Translations under genes and position numbers: made by a program
The notes under the pieces: generated by a model
Databases searched by the model: none
What the model saw: only the letters and a program-made list of their open reading frames with translations
What the model was told of the DNA's origin: nothing
In this document: positions 40,632 to 50,234 of the stretch, piece after piece
Position numbering within the stretch: position 1 is the first letter of the stretch
How the letters are laid out: every line of letters begins with the position of its first letter
Origin: Candidatus Latescibacterota bacterium
Lineage (GTDB): Bacteria; Latescibacterota; UBA2968; GCA-2709665
Length of the DNA stretch: 64,000 bases
Reading direction: 5' to 3'
NCBI GenBank assembly: GCA_965226795.1
Contig: CBDDDZ010000005.1
Coordinates: 1,376,001 to 1,440,000 of the forward strand

Positions 40632-41864
40632 TCAAGGCGACGGAGCGGCTTTCTTCTCGAAAACCGCGTTCCAGTCGATGCGCCCCGTGAACTGCATTGC
40701 CGCAAACAGGGTGGCAATGCACAACATGGTAATGGCGAGGCCGGTATAGCCTGAAAAGAAAAAGGTGTAGGAGAAAAGCACCAGATAGACGAACTGGCCC
40801 ACGCCGATTTCGACGAAGGCCAGGCGCGTGCCCAGGACCAATCGCATGTAAGATGTGACCAGGAAAATCGAGACCGCGGAGGCGAGTACAAACGCGTAGT
40901 GGATGAGCATGTGGTCGACCAGATAGGCCAGCAACAGGTGGAAGCTGAAGTAGGCGGCCCCGATGAAGAAGTAGTGCATCGGGTGCAGGTCGATGCGGCG
41001 CACGGTGGTAAAAATGAAGAGCAGGAAGAAGAACAGGAACAGGGAGATCGGGGCCGCGAATACGACCTGCCTGACCCAGGGGCCGGGGTTGAGCCGGGCG
41101 GGCATGATCATCCCCAGATCGACACCGGTGAGGAGATGATCGTAACGCCACTTCAGGGTCCAGGCGTCGCCGTCTCGGGTCTTGGAGATGGGGGATACGC
41201 TGTCCGCGGGAAAGTCGACGGCGGCGAAATCAGTGCGCATCACCAGTTCGAAGTCCGACACCTGGTTGACATCACGGCCAAAACTGTAGCGCCACTGGTC
41301 CAGTCCCTGGGAGCGGTAGGACACATGGACGGGAAGTTCCTGGCCGGGCGCAAGATCGACCGGTTGGACCAGATGGCCGGCGCGGATCGGGACGTCGGCG
41401 ATGCGTCGGCTGTCTACGCTCAACGAAATATCGTCGTACACGGCGCGTTGGGCGGGCATTTCCAGATCGAAGTACAGGCTCAGGCTGTGGTCGGTGGGGT
41501 TGGACACGGTGTACCAGGCGGCGAATTGGACATGGTATGTGGAATACCATAACAAGCCCTTTCGACGGTGCTCAAGAGACAGGTCGACTTCAATGCGGCT
41601 GGCTTCCAGGCTCAGGAAGTGCTTTTCGTCTACCGTGCGCGAGATCGACTCGCCCCCGGTGCCGGGTTCAATACGGGTGACGCGATCCAGCCAGTAGATT
41701 TGCGGGGCTTGCTGGGTGTGGGCCGTACCCCAGATTCGTCCCACGGTGTCTTTGAGCTTGTCGTCCTGTCTCAGGGTACGCAGGTGGATGGTCTGGCCCA
41801 GAATGAGCCAGGCGACAGCGACGCACAAATAGATGAATCCGATAACGGCGATGCGTTGGACCAT
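40632..41864 (-). CDS. CreD-like inner membrane protein
   Basis: N-terminal TM, a soluble domain, then about 5-6 C-terminal TMs with LHPMHYFFIGAAYFSFHLLLAYL, resembling the CreD HPxQY motif. Confidence 0.7.
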   Translation of the reverse strand: MVQRIAVIGFIYLCVAVAWLILGQTIHLRTLRQDDKLKDTVGRIWGTAHTQQAPQIYWLDRVTRIEPGTGGESISRTVDEKHFLSLEASRIEVDLSLEHRRKGLLWYSTYHVQFAAWYTVSNPTDHSLSLYFDLEMPAQRAVYDDISLSVDSRRIADVPIRAGHLVQPVDLAPGQELPVHVSYRSQGLDQWRYSFGRDVNQVSDFELVMRTDFAAVDFPADSVSPISKTRDGDAWTLKWRYDHLLTGVDLGMIMPARLNPGPWVRQVVFAAPISLFLFFFLLFIFTTVRRIDLHPMHYFFIGAAYFSFHLLLAYLVDHMLIHYAFVLASAVSIFLVTSYMRLVLGTRLAFVEIGVGQFVYLVLFSYTFFFSGYTGLAITMLCIATLFAAMQFTGRIDWNAVFEKKAAPSP

Positions 41865-42030
41865 AAAACCTCCCGCATTAAGAGACGATAGAGGACTTTA
41901 TGTTGAACGCATCGCGTGAACCGGAGTTCCGTGGATACCTGCCGGGTGCTGTCCGCTGATTATGAAGTCGCCCATGGCGTATACCAAAGTTCACGAGAGT
42001 TTTCATTGGGCCGATGCTCTGCATCCCGTT

Positions 42031-44880
42031 TTACAGGTAATGCGATAGACGCAGATACAGATACCTGCCCATGAAGTCGTAGGTACTGGCATCCGAGGTG
42101 CCGAGAAAGCCGTTGAATATCACCGCCGGAGCCTGGTTGAAGACGTTGTTGATTCCGACCGTCAGTACGGAGGCTCCCATCCGCGTTCCCAGTCTGTAGG
42201 ATCCGTACAGACCGAGAGTGCTGTTTGAACTGACCTTGCGGCTCACGGGCGTTTCTGACACGTCCGCGCGATACAGGCCCTTGCAATCGTCTTTTTCGCA
42301 TTCCAGAAAGCCGCCGACGTACTGCCAGTTCAGGCCGAACGAGGCGCGCGGCTGCCTCAGACCGACCGACGCCGAGTGCCGCCACCTGGGAAATACGCCC
42401 AAATCGTAGAACCCTTTGCCCTTTACCAATTCCAGCCCGTTTGCCGACGGCACCAGTTGATCGAATTTCAGGAGCATGTTGGTCTCCATGCGAGCGGTAA
42501 AGAAGCCAATCCGGGAATCGGCCGTGTAATCCAATTCGATGTCCAGCCCGCTGGTCTCGGTTTCGCCCACGTTGGCGCCTTGCGAAAAGATGGTCGTAAT
42601 CAGCTTCGTGCTGGGGTCTCGCACGATTTGATTGCAGTAGGACGGCGCGTCCTGCGAATAGCAGTTGCTCAAGATGAGTCCGGCGGACAGGGCCCCGATC
42701 ACGTCCTCGATTTTATTGGCATAATAGCTGATGGCTATATCCAGGTTGTCGGCAAAATCCGGCTGGTAAACCAGACCGGCCGTAATCATGGCGGCGGTCT
42801 CCGGATCGAGGTCGGTAGAGCCGCCCACCCTGGCTCTCAGCTGCGCCCGTGAGTCCTGGAAATCGGCCGGCACGCCCGCGGCCGCGCAATTTCTCTGCTG
42901 CTCAGCCGTCAACGTCCGGGGACTGCCCGCTTCGTCGACCACGCTGCAAGGATCGCTTACCAGCGGGAAGGCATCACTCTGGCCGAGGAACATCTCGGCG
43001 ATGCCGGGCGCTCGAAACGCGTTTGATATCGTTGCCCGGAGCGTCAGCCCGCGGGGAAGTTCGCAACGGGCGCCTGCCTCGTACGTAAAGCCGGTACCAA
43101 AGGTATCGTAATCGAATGCCCGGCCCGCTGCCGTCAGATCCAATCCAAAGGCGTCCGCTCGATAAACCGGCATAGAGGTCTCACCGTAAAGGGCCTTCAC
43201 CGAATAGGCGCCTTCCGTGGCTTCTTCCTTGCTTCCGGTGGTATTGCCTGACTCGGTTATCGGATCCGGAATATAGGCACCCGCCTCCCAGCGTGCGGAT
43301 ACGCCCGCGGCCACGGCAAGGGGGCCGGCCGACAGTTCGGCGATCTGCCCGGTCAGGTTCCATTGGAGGATCTTCTGCCTGGAGTGGCCCGTGGCGATAC
43401 CCGTATACTGGATGTAGTCCAGCATTTCCTGCGTAATGGTACCGGCGCCGTGCAGCAGATCGAGCGGGACGCAGTCGCCGATGGCGACGCATTCCGCGTC
43501 GGGCCCCAGCGCATGGGCGACGTTGCTGTGGATGAATCGGCCCTCGTTGATATTCGTGCCCCCGCTGCGGCCGTACGAATACGACAAATCGGTGTCGAAA
43601 CCCGCCAGCGGATATTCCAGGCCCAGGACGATGCGATAGGTGTTGATATCCTGAAGGGAATTGCGGTTGCCCGCTTCGACGAACCGGCGGCGGACGTCGT
43701 AAAATTCGCGGCCGAATTCATTGTATATGTTCGTAGGCGATATGGAGAGACCCTCACTGAAAATAAAAAGGGGGGTCGGTGCGAGCTTCTGATCGGATTG
43801 CCGGTTGGTGTACGAAACCTCGAAGAAACTCTTCGCCCGTGGGGCGAATTCATAAGAACCGCTGAGAAAGGTCGTGTATCGGGTCTGCGGCGTGTAGAGG
43901 TAATTTTCAGGCTGGTAATTATACAGGTCTCCGCTGCCGTCCGAAGAATTGCCCGCCCAGTTGAACGGGCGCCATCCTGCGTTGGGTTCGCGGTGGTAGT
44001 CGCTGGCGCTTTCACCGGCAGCCGCAGCCAGGGCCTGCCACGCCGCGTTGCCGGGCGCGCCCGTTTGGTCGATGATGTGGCCATCGGGGGTGGCCGAACT
44101 GCCGCTGGTGGCGTAGGTGCCGTCGTTCTTTTCCCAGTCGTACGTCTTGTCCTCCGTACTGAAGGGCCGGTTGCCGGTCCAGACGGGCTTCCGGTTGTGA
44201 TAGCCGGCCGAAAACAGGACGCTGCCCTTTTCGCTCTTCAGACCGGCGGTCACGCTGATATCGAGCGATTCGCCGTCGCCCTCACCCGAGGCACCCTGGT
44301 AGAATTCGATTTCAAGCCCCTCGGTTTCAGACCTCGTGATGATATTGACAACGCCCCCGACCGCGTCCGAACCGTACACCGCCGACGCGCCGTCCTTGAG
44401 CACTTCGACCCGTTCAACGGCGGAGACGGGAATGGCGTTGAGATCGACCGAGGAATTTGCGCCGGTGCCGCCCGGCACGAAGCGGCGTCCGTTGAGCAGA
44501 ACCAGGGTTCGATGAGAACCCAGCCCGCGGAGGCTGATGCGCGTGGAGCCATCTCCCCCGTTGTTGGCCTGTGTATTGATGGCATTGGACTGGACGGTAA
44601 GGGTCTGCAACACGTCTCCGATGGACGCCAGGCCCCGCACCTTGATTTCATCCCGCGACAGGACCACGACGGGGGCCGGCGTAAGGTTTTCATCGTTTTT
44701 GATCCGCGAGCCGGTCACGGTAATGGCTTCCATCTCGTAGACGATGTCCTCTTCTTCTTCGGTCTCTTCGACTTCTTCAGCATTCTCGACATCTTCGGCG
44801 GGCGCCTGGGTAACGCACGCGGCACCGATGAGAATGAAAAGGAAAACCGCAATCCGGAGGAAGGGGAATCTGACGCACAT
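42031..44880 (-). CDS. TonB-dependent outer-membrane receptor
   Basis: Signal peptide after an AGGAG RBS; ITVTGSRI, RTLVLLNGRR, VERVEVLKDGASAVYGSDAVGGVVNII, LDPETA and GINNVFNQ..YD..GRY.Y. Confidence 0.95.
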   Translation of the reverse strand: MCVRFPFLRIAVFLFILIGAACVTQAPAEDVENAEEVEETEEEEDIVYEMEAITVTGSRIKNDENLTPAPVVVLSRDEIKVRGLASIGDVLQTLTVQSNAINTQANNGGDGSTRISLRGLGSHRTLVLLNGRRFVPGGTGANSSVDLNAIPVSAVERVEVLKDGASAVYGSDAVGGVVNIITRSETEGLEIEFYQGASGEGDGESLDISVTAGLKSEKGSVLFSAGYHNRKPVWTGNRPFSTEDKTYDWEKNDGTYATSGSSATPDGHIIDQTGAPGNAAWQALAAAAGESASDYHREPNAGWRPFNWAGNSSDGSGDLYNYQPENYLYTPQTRYTTFLSGSYEFAPRAKSFFEVSYTNRQSDQKLAPTPLFIFSEGLSISPTNIYNEFGREFYDVRRRFVEAGNRNSLQDINTYRIVLGLEYPLAGFDTDLSYSYGRSGGTNINEGRFIHSNVAHALGPDAECVAIGDCVPLDLLHGAGTITQEMLDYIQYTGIATGHSRQKILQWNLTGQIAELSAGPLAVAAGVSARWEAGAYIPDPITESGNTTGSKEEATEGAYSVKALYGETSMPVYRADAFGLDLTAAGRAFDYDTFGTGFTYEAGARCELPRGLTLRATISNAFRAPGIAEMFLGQSDAFPLVSDPCSVVDEAGSPRTLTAEQQRNCAAAGVPADFQDSRAQLRARVGGSTDLDPETAAMITAGLVYQPDFADNLDIAISYYANKIEDVIGALSAGLILSNCYSQDAPSYCNQIVRDPSTKLITTIFSQGANVGETETSGLDIELDYTADSRIGFFTARMETNMLLKFDQLVPSANGLELVKGKGFYDLGVFPRWRHSASVGLRQPRASFGLNWQYVGGFLECEKDDCKGLYRADVSETPVSRKVSSNSTLGLYGSYRLGTRMGASVLTVGINNVFNQAPAVIFNGFLGTSDASTYDFMGRYLYLRLSHYL

Positions 44881-45317
44881 GATGGCAATCTCCTGTGATG
44901 GTACGGCGGAAGACGGAGACCCGGCGATACGAGCGTGCAGGGGGACTTCTGAGCCTTTTTGAGTCGGCCCTTTGGCCGAGAACTCGCACGGCCACTTACG
45001 ATTTTCTAAAAAAGTGTCGCAAAATATAACACATCGAATCAAATTGCTGCAAGATGTTTTGATAATCGTATATAGCCAGCCGAGACATCCGCGACGATCA
45101 TGAGGAGTCGGCGAGGCATCGGGATTGAGATCCGCCTACCGGATCACTCTTTAGGCGAACGATGGCAACTCCGCTGAACCCATCGCGGGCGTTCATGCGA
45201 TACGTGTTGTGTTTTTCACGTGCCCTTCGTAATTTAACGCCCTCCGTCTCACTTACTTACGTAAAAAGCGACGGCCGTTATAATGTGGAGGATGGCGATG
45301 ATAAGACGTTTCCGGCG

Positions 45318-45959
45318 ATGGATGTGGATAGCGACCGGCCGCCGCCGCCGCGGCCACTGATAATGCTGCTGGCAGCGGGCCTGTTCGCCGCCTGCGGTAA
45401 CGACACGGTATCCGAGGAAGCCTCACAGGATTTAACCGATATCAGCCGGATTGAGGATCTCAAGGCGGTTTTTAACCAGGACGCGGGCGTCCCTCGTCTC
45501 ATTTTGCTTCTTTCCCCCACGTGACCGGTCTGCCAGGCAGGCGCCAGTTGGGTGCAGGAAGAGATTCTGGGAAAGAACGCCGGTGCAAACGTAAAGGTTT
45601 ACGCGGTCTGGCTGCCGATAATTTCCAGTGACGCCCGGTCGGCGTGGAAAAAGAGCCTGCTTCCAGACTCGAGGGTGATGCATTTTTGGGACGGGCAGCG
45701 CGTTACGGGGCGATGGTTCGCACGGCAGGCGTGGTATGGGAAGAACGTGGACATCGCGTGGGATATCTATATCCTGTTCGGCCCGGAAGCACGATGGGAC
45801 GGGTCGCCGGGCCCGCTGATCAGCTGGGGAGAAACGGTCGTGGACGCACGCGAGCAACTCAGACTGGATTTTCAGTCACTTCTGGGTGGAAAGGGAGGAG
45901 GGGAAACAATTGTGCGAAAAACCCCGCTGGACGGAATGGCGGGTACAGAAAAACGGTAG
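45318..45959 (+). CDS. Putative UxxC thioredoxin-like selenoprotein, probably a lipoprotein (start uncertain)
   Basis: ORFs 45162..45524 and 45552..45959 are in the same frame and separated only by TGA at 45522-45524, giving RLILLLSPT-U-PVC-QAGASWVQ. Lipobox-like LFAAC upstream; hairpin GCGCC-AGTTG-GGTGC at +17 to +31. Confidence 0.85.
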
Positions 45960-45987
45960 GTGTCGGTCCTGAATGGTGGTCGGGAGG

Positions 45988-46029
45988 AAAAAACAAAGGG
46001 GAGTCGAGAAACCGACTCCCCTTTGTTTT

Positions 46030-46030
<1 letters not shown>
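45988..46030. terminator. Bidirectional intrinsic terminator between the UxxC gene and tRNA-fMet
   Basis: AAAAACAAAGGGGAGTCG-AGAAAC-CGACTCCCCTTTGTTTTT. Confidence 0.9.
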
Positions 46031-46106
<76 letters not shown>

Positions 46107-46153
46107 ACCATCAATGTCCGGTATACTGAAATCTATCAATCCAACGCGTTTTG

Positions 46154-47443
46154 TCAAGCGATTTCTTGGGTTTTGTCCTGTTTGTTCCGGTCAGGTTTCT
46201 GTTTGACGATCCTGACCGTGGTAATGCGTTGCCCAACCACTTCCTCCACCCACAGTGTGAGGTTTTCGAACACGAAGGTCTCGTCGGGACCCGGAACGCG
46301 ACCCAGATGGTTGTATATGAAGCCGCCCAGGGTTTCATATCCGTCGCGCGGCAGTTCGATATTCAGGATGAGATTGAGGTCGGCTATATCGAGCCGCGCG
46401 TCGGCCACCAGCACGCGCCCGTCTTCGTCCCATTGAAACAGCTGCTCTTCCTGGTCGTATTCGTCGTGGATTTCGCCGACGATCTCTTCGATTAAATCCT
46501 CGAGCGTGACCAGTCCGGACGTGCCGCCGAATTCATTGATGACAATCGCCATGTGCACCTTATTGGTGTTGAACTCTCGCATCAACTCCGCGATTTTCTT
46601 GTTTTCCGGTACGAAATACGGCTTGCGCATAGCGCCCTCGGGCGTCCAGGCCTGTCCCGTGCTTAGAAGTTCGAGCAGATCCTTGGCGTAAACCACACCT
46701 TCGATATGGTCCACGCGCTCGCGGTAGATGGGAATGCGCGAATGCCGCTTCTGCTGAATCAGGGCCAGAATATCCTCGGGTTTGGAGGAGATTTCGGCGC
46801 ACGCCATGTCGATGCGCGGTACCATCACTTCCTTCACCGTCGTTTCGCCGAACTCGAAAATGCCGGCGATCATGTCCCGTTCTTCCTCTTCTATGGTTCC
46901 TTCCTCGGTCTCGGTTTCCACGATCTGCCGCAGTTCCTCCTCCTTGATGGCCCTGGTATCGGTTTCGCTGACAAAAAGGCTCCGTGTTTTCTGCAGGAGC
47001 AGTGCTGGAGCCAGAAGCAGCACATATAGTGGGTAGTAGATGGCAATCAGGTGAGGCGGCGGTCGGTCGGATCCCTCTTCGCGCCTGTAGAAAGAGATTG
47101 CATTGTCAATCAGCAGAGAAATCAGCACGAACACGGCGATGCTCAGCAGATCTCGCAGAAATGGCCAAGCGAAATCGTTCAGCACGGATCTGGCGAGAAA
47201 TGCGAATGCAAGCCCGCCCATCGCGATTGACAGCGATTGGCCAAACGTGACCGTCACGCCCAGGGCGTATCTTGGTCTGTACATCGACAGCAGCAGGTTC
47301 GCGCGGGGGACGGCTTCGTCGCGGAGGCGTTCAAGCGTGGCCCGGGATATCGTGCTGCCGATTGCGCCCACCCGAGCAATCAGAGCGGTGACGAGCAGAG
47401 ACCCACCCACGACAAGTGCTGCCAACCATTCGGAGTCATCCAA
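46154..47443 (-). CDS. Hemolysin-family CNNM/CBS/CorC-HlyC protein
   Basis: N-terminal TMs; VKEVMVPRID, HSRIPIY, EFGGTSGLVTLEDLIEEIVGEIHDEYD and YETLGG. Confidence 0.92.
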   Translation of the reverse strand: MDDSEWLAALVVGGSLLVTALIARVGAIGSTISRATLERLRDEAVPRANLLLSMYRPRYALGVTVTFGQSLSIAMGGLAFAFLARSVLNDFAWPFLRDLLSIAVFVLISLLIDNAISFYRREEGSDRPPPHLIAIYYPLYVLLLAPALLLQKTRSLFVSETDTRAIKEEELRQIVETETEEGTIEEEERDMIAGIFEFGETTVKEVMVPRIDMACAEISSKPEDILALIQQKRHSRIPIYRERVDHIEGVVYAKDLLELLSTGQAWTPEGAMRKPYFVPENKKIAELMREFNTNKVHMAIVINEFGGTSGLVTLEDLIEEIVGEIHDEYDQEEQLFQWDEDGRVLVADARLDIADLNLILNIELPRDGYETLGGFIYNHLGRVPGPDETFVFENLTLWVEEVVGQRITTVRIVKQKPDRNKQDKTQEIA

Positions 47444-47450
47444 AATGGAT

Positions 47451-47903
47451 TCACGCTCCTTTCAGGTGTATGCCTGCTCGAAACCGGGCCAAATACTCGC
47501 GTTCCATGCGTCGCATGGAAGCGCTGGACCGGGGAGAGTCGTGGCGGTACCCGAGCAGATGGAGGGTGCCGTGTATGGCAAGCCACGCTATTTCGTCGGA
47601 CAGGCACCGGGAAGCTTCGCGGGCCTGTACCTGGGCTCTATCCACGGAAATGTAGATTTCACCCAGATCGTCGCATTCGGGATGGACTGGATCCGCCAGA
47701 TCGAAGGAAAGAACATCCGTCGGCACAAACGCCCCCTTGAACTCCCCGTTCAGGCGGCAAAGCGCCGCGTCGTCGGCCAGAACCAGAGTGACAGTTCCGT
47801 CCGTGCGGTGATCCTCGAGGACACTGTCAAGCAGGAAGTCGAGGTTCGTCGGGTCGAACGCTACCGGAAGCGGCGCCGCTTGTTCAATGCGGACCCGGGT
47901 CAC
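47451..47903 (-). CDS. ybeY: rRNA maturation endoribonuclease YbeY
   Basis: PTDVLSF, LGEIYIS and HGTLHLLGYRH motifs. GTG start after GGAGG overlaps the upstream stop. Confidence 0.92.
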   Translation of the reverse strand: MTRVRIEQAAPLPVAFDPTNLDFLLDSVLEDHRTDGTVTLVLADDAALCRLNGEFKGAFVPTDVLSFDLADPVHPECDDLGEIYISVDRAQVQAREASRCLSDEIAWLAIHGTLHLLGYRHDSPRSSASMRRMEREYLARFRAGIHLKGA

Positions 47904-50212
47904 AGAACCTCCTTCCTGCGCCTGGATTGAACCCGCTTCTGTTCGTGCTGCCACGGATAGGCAACGCGGCTGTGCCAGGTGGCCTCGAGAATGGGCAGAA
48001 ATGCTTCCTGAATTTGCGTCAGGTCTCTGAGCGTCAGGTCGCATTCGTCCAACTCTCCGGCAGTAAACCTTCCCTTCACGAGCGCTTGAACCATGTCACG
48101 GGTTTTTTCGGGGGAGATGGCGTCGAGGCTGCGTATTGCGGATTCCACCGCGTCGGCCAGGCTGACGATGCCGGCCTCGCTGGTCTGAGGCCTCGGACCC
48201 GGGTACCGGAAATCGGCGTCGCGTACCTCGTGCGGGGCGCTGCGTTCCAAGGCACTCTTTTTGAAACTCGCGATTTCGCTGGTACCGTGATGCTGGGATA
48301 TCATGTCGATGATGACGCGCGGCAGACCTTCCTCTTCGGCCATTCTGACGCCGTCCTTCACATGGGAGATCAGAATCAGGGCGCTTAGACGAGGCTGGAG
48401 TTCATCGTGCGGATTCACGCCTTTCTGGTTTTCGATAAAATAGTGGGGTCGGATCATTTTGCCGATGTCATGGTAGTAGCAGCCCACCCGCGCCAGCAGG
48501 GCGTTGGCTCCGATAACTTCAGCGGCCGCCTCCGAAAGCCTGGCCATAATGATACTGTGACTGTACGTGCCGGGCGCCCGAATGGCCAGGTTTCGCAAGA
48601 GCGGCCGGTTCAGATCCGAGAGTTCCAGCAGTGTATAGGTTGTGACAACGCTGAATGCGCTTTCGAAGATGGGGAGGAGGCCGATGGTTAGAACCGAGGA
48701 TGCACAGGCCGTGAAGGTACCCAGCACAAGGTCCCACCTGACCTTCTGGATGAATTCTCCAAAACTGGAATAGCTGAACAACAGGGTGGAAGTGGCAAGG
48801 GTGGAGATAAGATAAGCGCCGACAAGGAAGGCGATGGACCGGTAGAAAAAGTCGCTTCGACGGTGGACCGGGCGCACTGAGTACGCTCCCGCGGCCCCCG
48901 TAATCATGTAGATCAGTCCAAACGAAAGGCTTCCCACGATGCTCGCGCACAGCGTGGCGCAGACGAACGACACGACCAGTCCGACTTCGGTGTCGAAGAG
49001 TACGGTAGCCAGCATCACTGAAAGCGCAACCGGCACCAATAGGGGTGTGACCGACGACACGGTCGCCGCGTACGACGCGACCAGGCACGGCATGATGACC
49101 AGGATGCCAAAGAGGACAAGATTGGACGTTGACGCGAAAACCGAGGGGCGGGAAACCTGAAGAAACACGAATAAGATGGTAACCAGCAAGGCGCTGACAG
49201 CGGCCTGCGCGCCGACCTGGAGATGATACAGATAGGGGATCCTGTCGATCGCCCTGTTCAAGTGGACGGCCAGAGAACGCAACTGGTCCATGTGTTCGGA
49301 GGTCACGCGGTCGTGTTTGTCAACGATGCGCTCGCCTCCCAGAACGGTTCCCTTATAGGGCGAGACCCTTGCGGCTGTCTCGTCCCTTCGCAGCTCGGTT
49401 TCTTCCGCGCTGTAGGTGAGATTGGGCGTTAGAAATACCACGACAAGCTCGTATACGGTCTTTATTTCCGCAGGCGTTCCCTGCGGAAACCGCGTGTCGA
49501 TTTCATCCTGCAGGCTCCGCTCATACCACTCCATGCCGCGGATCGGAGCTGCCGAAACGCGTCGCTCCATGTCGCCCTGGACGAGGAGCACCTCCTTCAT
49601 GTCGTTTCCAAGTACTTCCGAGTCCTGGTTCAATACGCCAGCCGCATAACTGGAAACGAGAAGCTCGCGTACCGTCGTACGAAGTTTTTCGAATCCGGTG
49701 GGGTAGTTGGCCGCCTGATTGATGAGAAAGCGAAGACTGGCCTGAGATACCGACCCGATTTCCGAATGCCCCTGTTGAAGTTGGTAAACCACCGAATCCG
49801 GAACGGCGGAGACGCTCAACGCATGCAGATCTTCAAAGAATCCGTCTAGAGCGCCTTGCCGATCGGACGCCACCTCCGCGTCCAGGACCAGGATCGGAAG
49901 AACGTCGCTGCGTGCTGCTTCCACTTCACGGCTATATTCGGTTTCGCTCTTGAGTACTTTGAAGTTTTCCGGAGCGATCACTTCATAGGGTGCGATCGTG
50001 CCCTCACTGAAGGCACTGTGTTCATGGTTTCTTCTGGCAATCGGGAAGAAATACGTCAGCAGGGCAACCAGAGTGAACATCAGCCCCACCCGCAACAGAA
50101 CTCTGATACGCAAACGCAGCTTGCGCTGGGATAGCGCCCCGCGGTCGGCGCCGTCGGCATCCGATTCCACGAGTCCTGTGTGCAGGAGTATACGTCGGAG
50201 ACTACGCATCAT
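47900..50212 (-). CDS. 7TM-HDIG phosphodiesterase (PgpH-like)
   Basis: Extracellular domain, multiple TMs, APGTYSHS, YYHDIGK, HHGTS, FRYPGPRP and LADAVE. Confidence 0.9.
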   Translation of the reverse strand: MMRSLRRILLHTGLVESDADGADRGALSQRKLRLRIRVLLRVGLMFTLVALLTYFFPIARRNHEHSAFSEGTIAPYEVIAPENFKVLKSETEYSREVEAARSDVLPILVLDAEVASDRQGALDGFFEDLHALSVSAVPDSVVYQLQQGHSEIGSVSQASLRFLINQAANYPTGFEKLRTTVRELLVSSYAAGVLNQDSEVLGNDMKEVLLVQGDMERRVSAAPIRGMEWYERSLQDEIDTRFPQGTPAEIKTVYELVVVFLTPNLTYSAEETELRRDETAARVSPYKGTVLGGERIVDKHDRVTSEHMDQLRSLAVHLNRAIDRIPYLYHLQVGAQAAVSALLVTILFVFLQVSRPSVFASTSNLVLFGILVIMPCLVASYAATVSSVTPLLVPVALSVMLATVLFDTEVGLVVSFVCATLCASIVGSLSFGLIYMITGAAGAYSVRPVHRRSDFFYRSIAFLVGAYLISTLATSTLLFSYSSFGEFIQKVRWDLVLGTFTACASSVLTIGLLPIFESAFSVVTTYTLLELSDLNRPLLRNLAIRAPGTYSHSIIMARLSEAAAEVIGANALLARVGCYYHDIGKMIRPHYFIENQKGVNPHDELQPRLSALILISHVKDGVRMAEEEGLPRVIIDMISQHHGTSEIASFKKSALERSAPHEVRDADFRYPGPRPQTSEAGIVSLADAVESAIRSLDAISPEKTRDMVQALVKGRFTAGELDECDLTLRDLTQIQEAFLPILEATWHSRVAYPWQHEQKRVQSRRRKEVL

Positions 50213-50234
50213 CGAGTACGTTACCCTTTACATT

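Noticed and set aside
43363..44898. Long antisense ORFs (511 aa here; also 13559..14848 and 33011..33646)
   Set aside because: Shadow frames typical of high-GC coding or intron sequence, opposite well-supported features.
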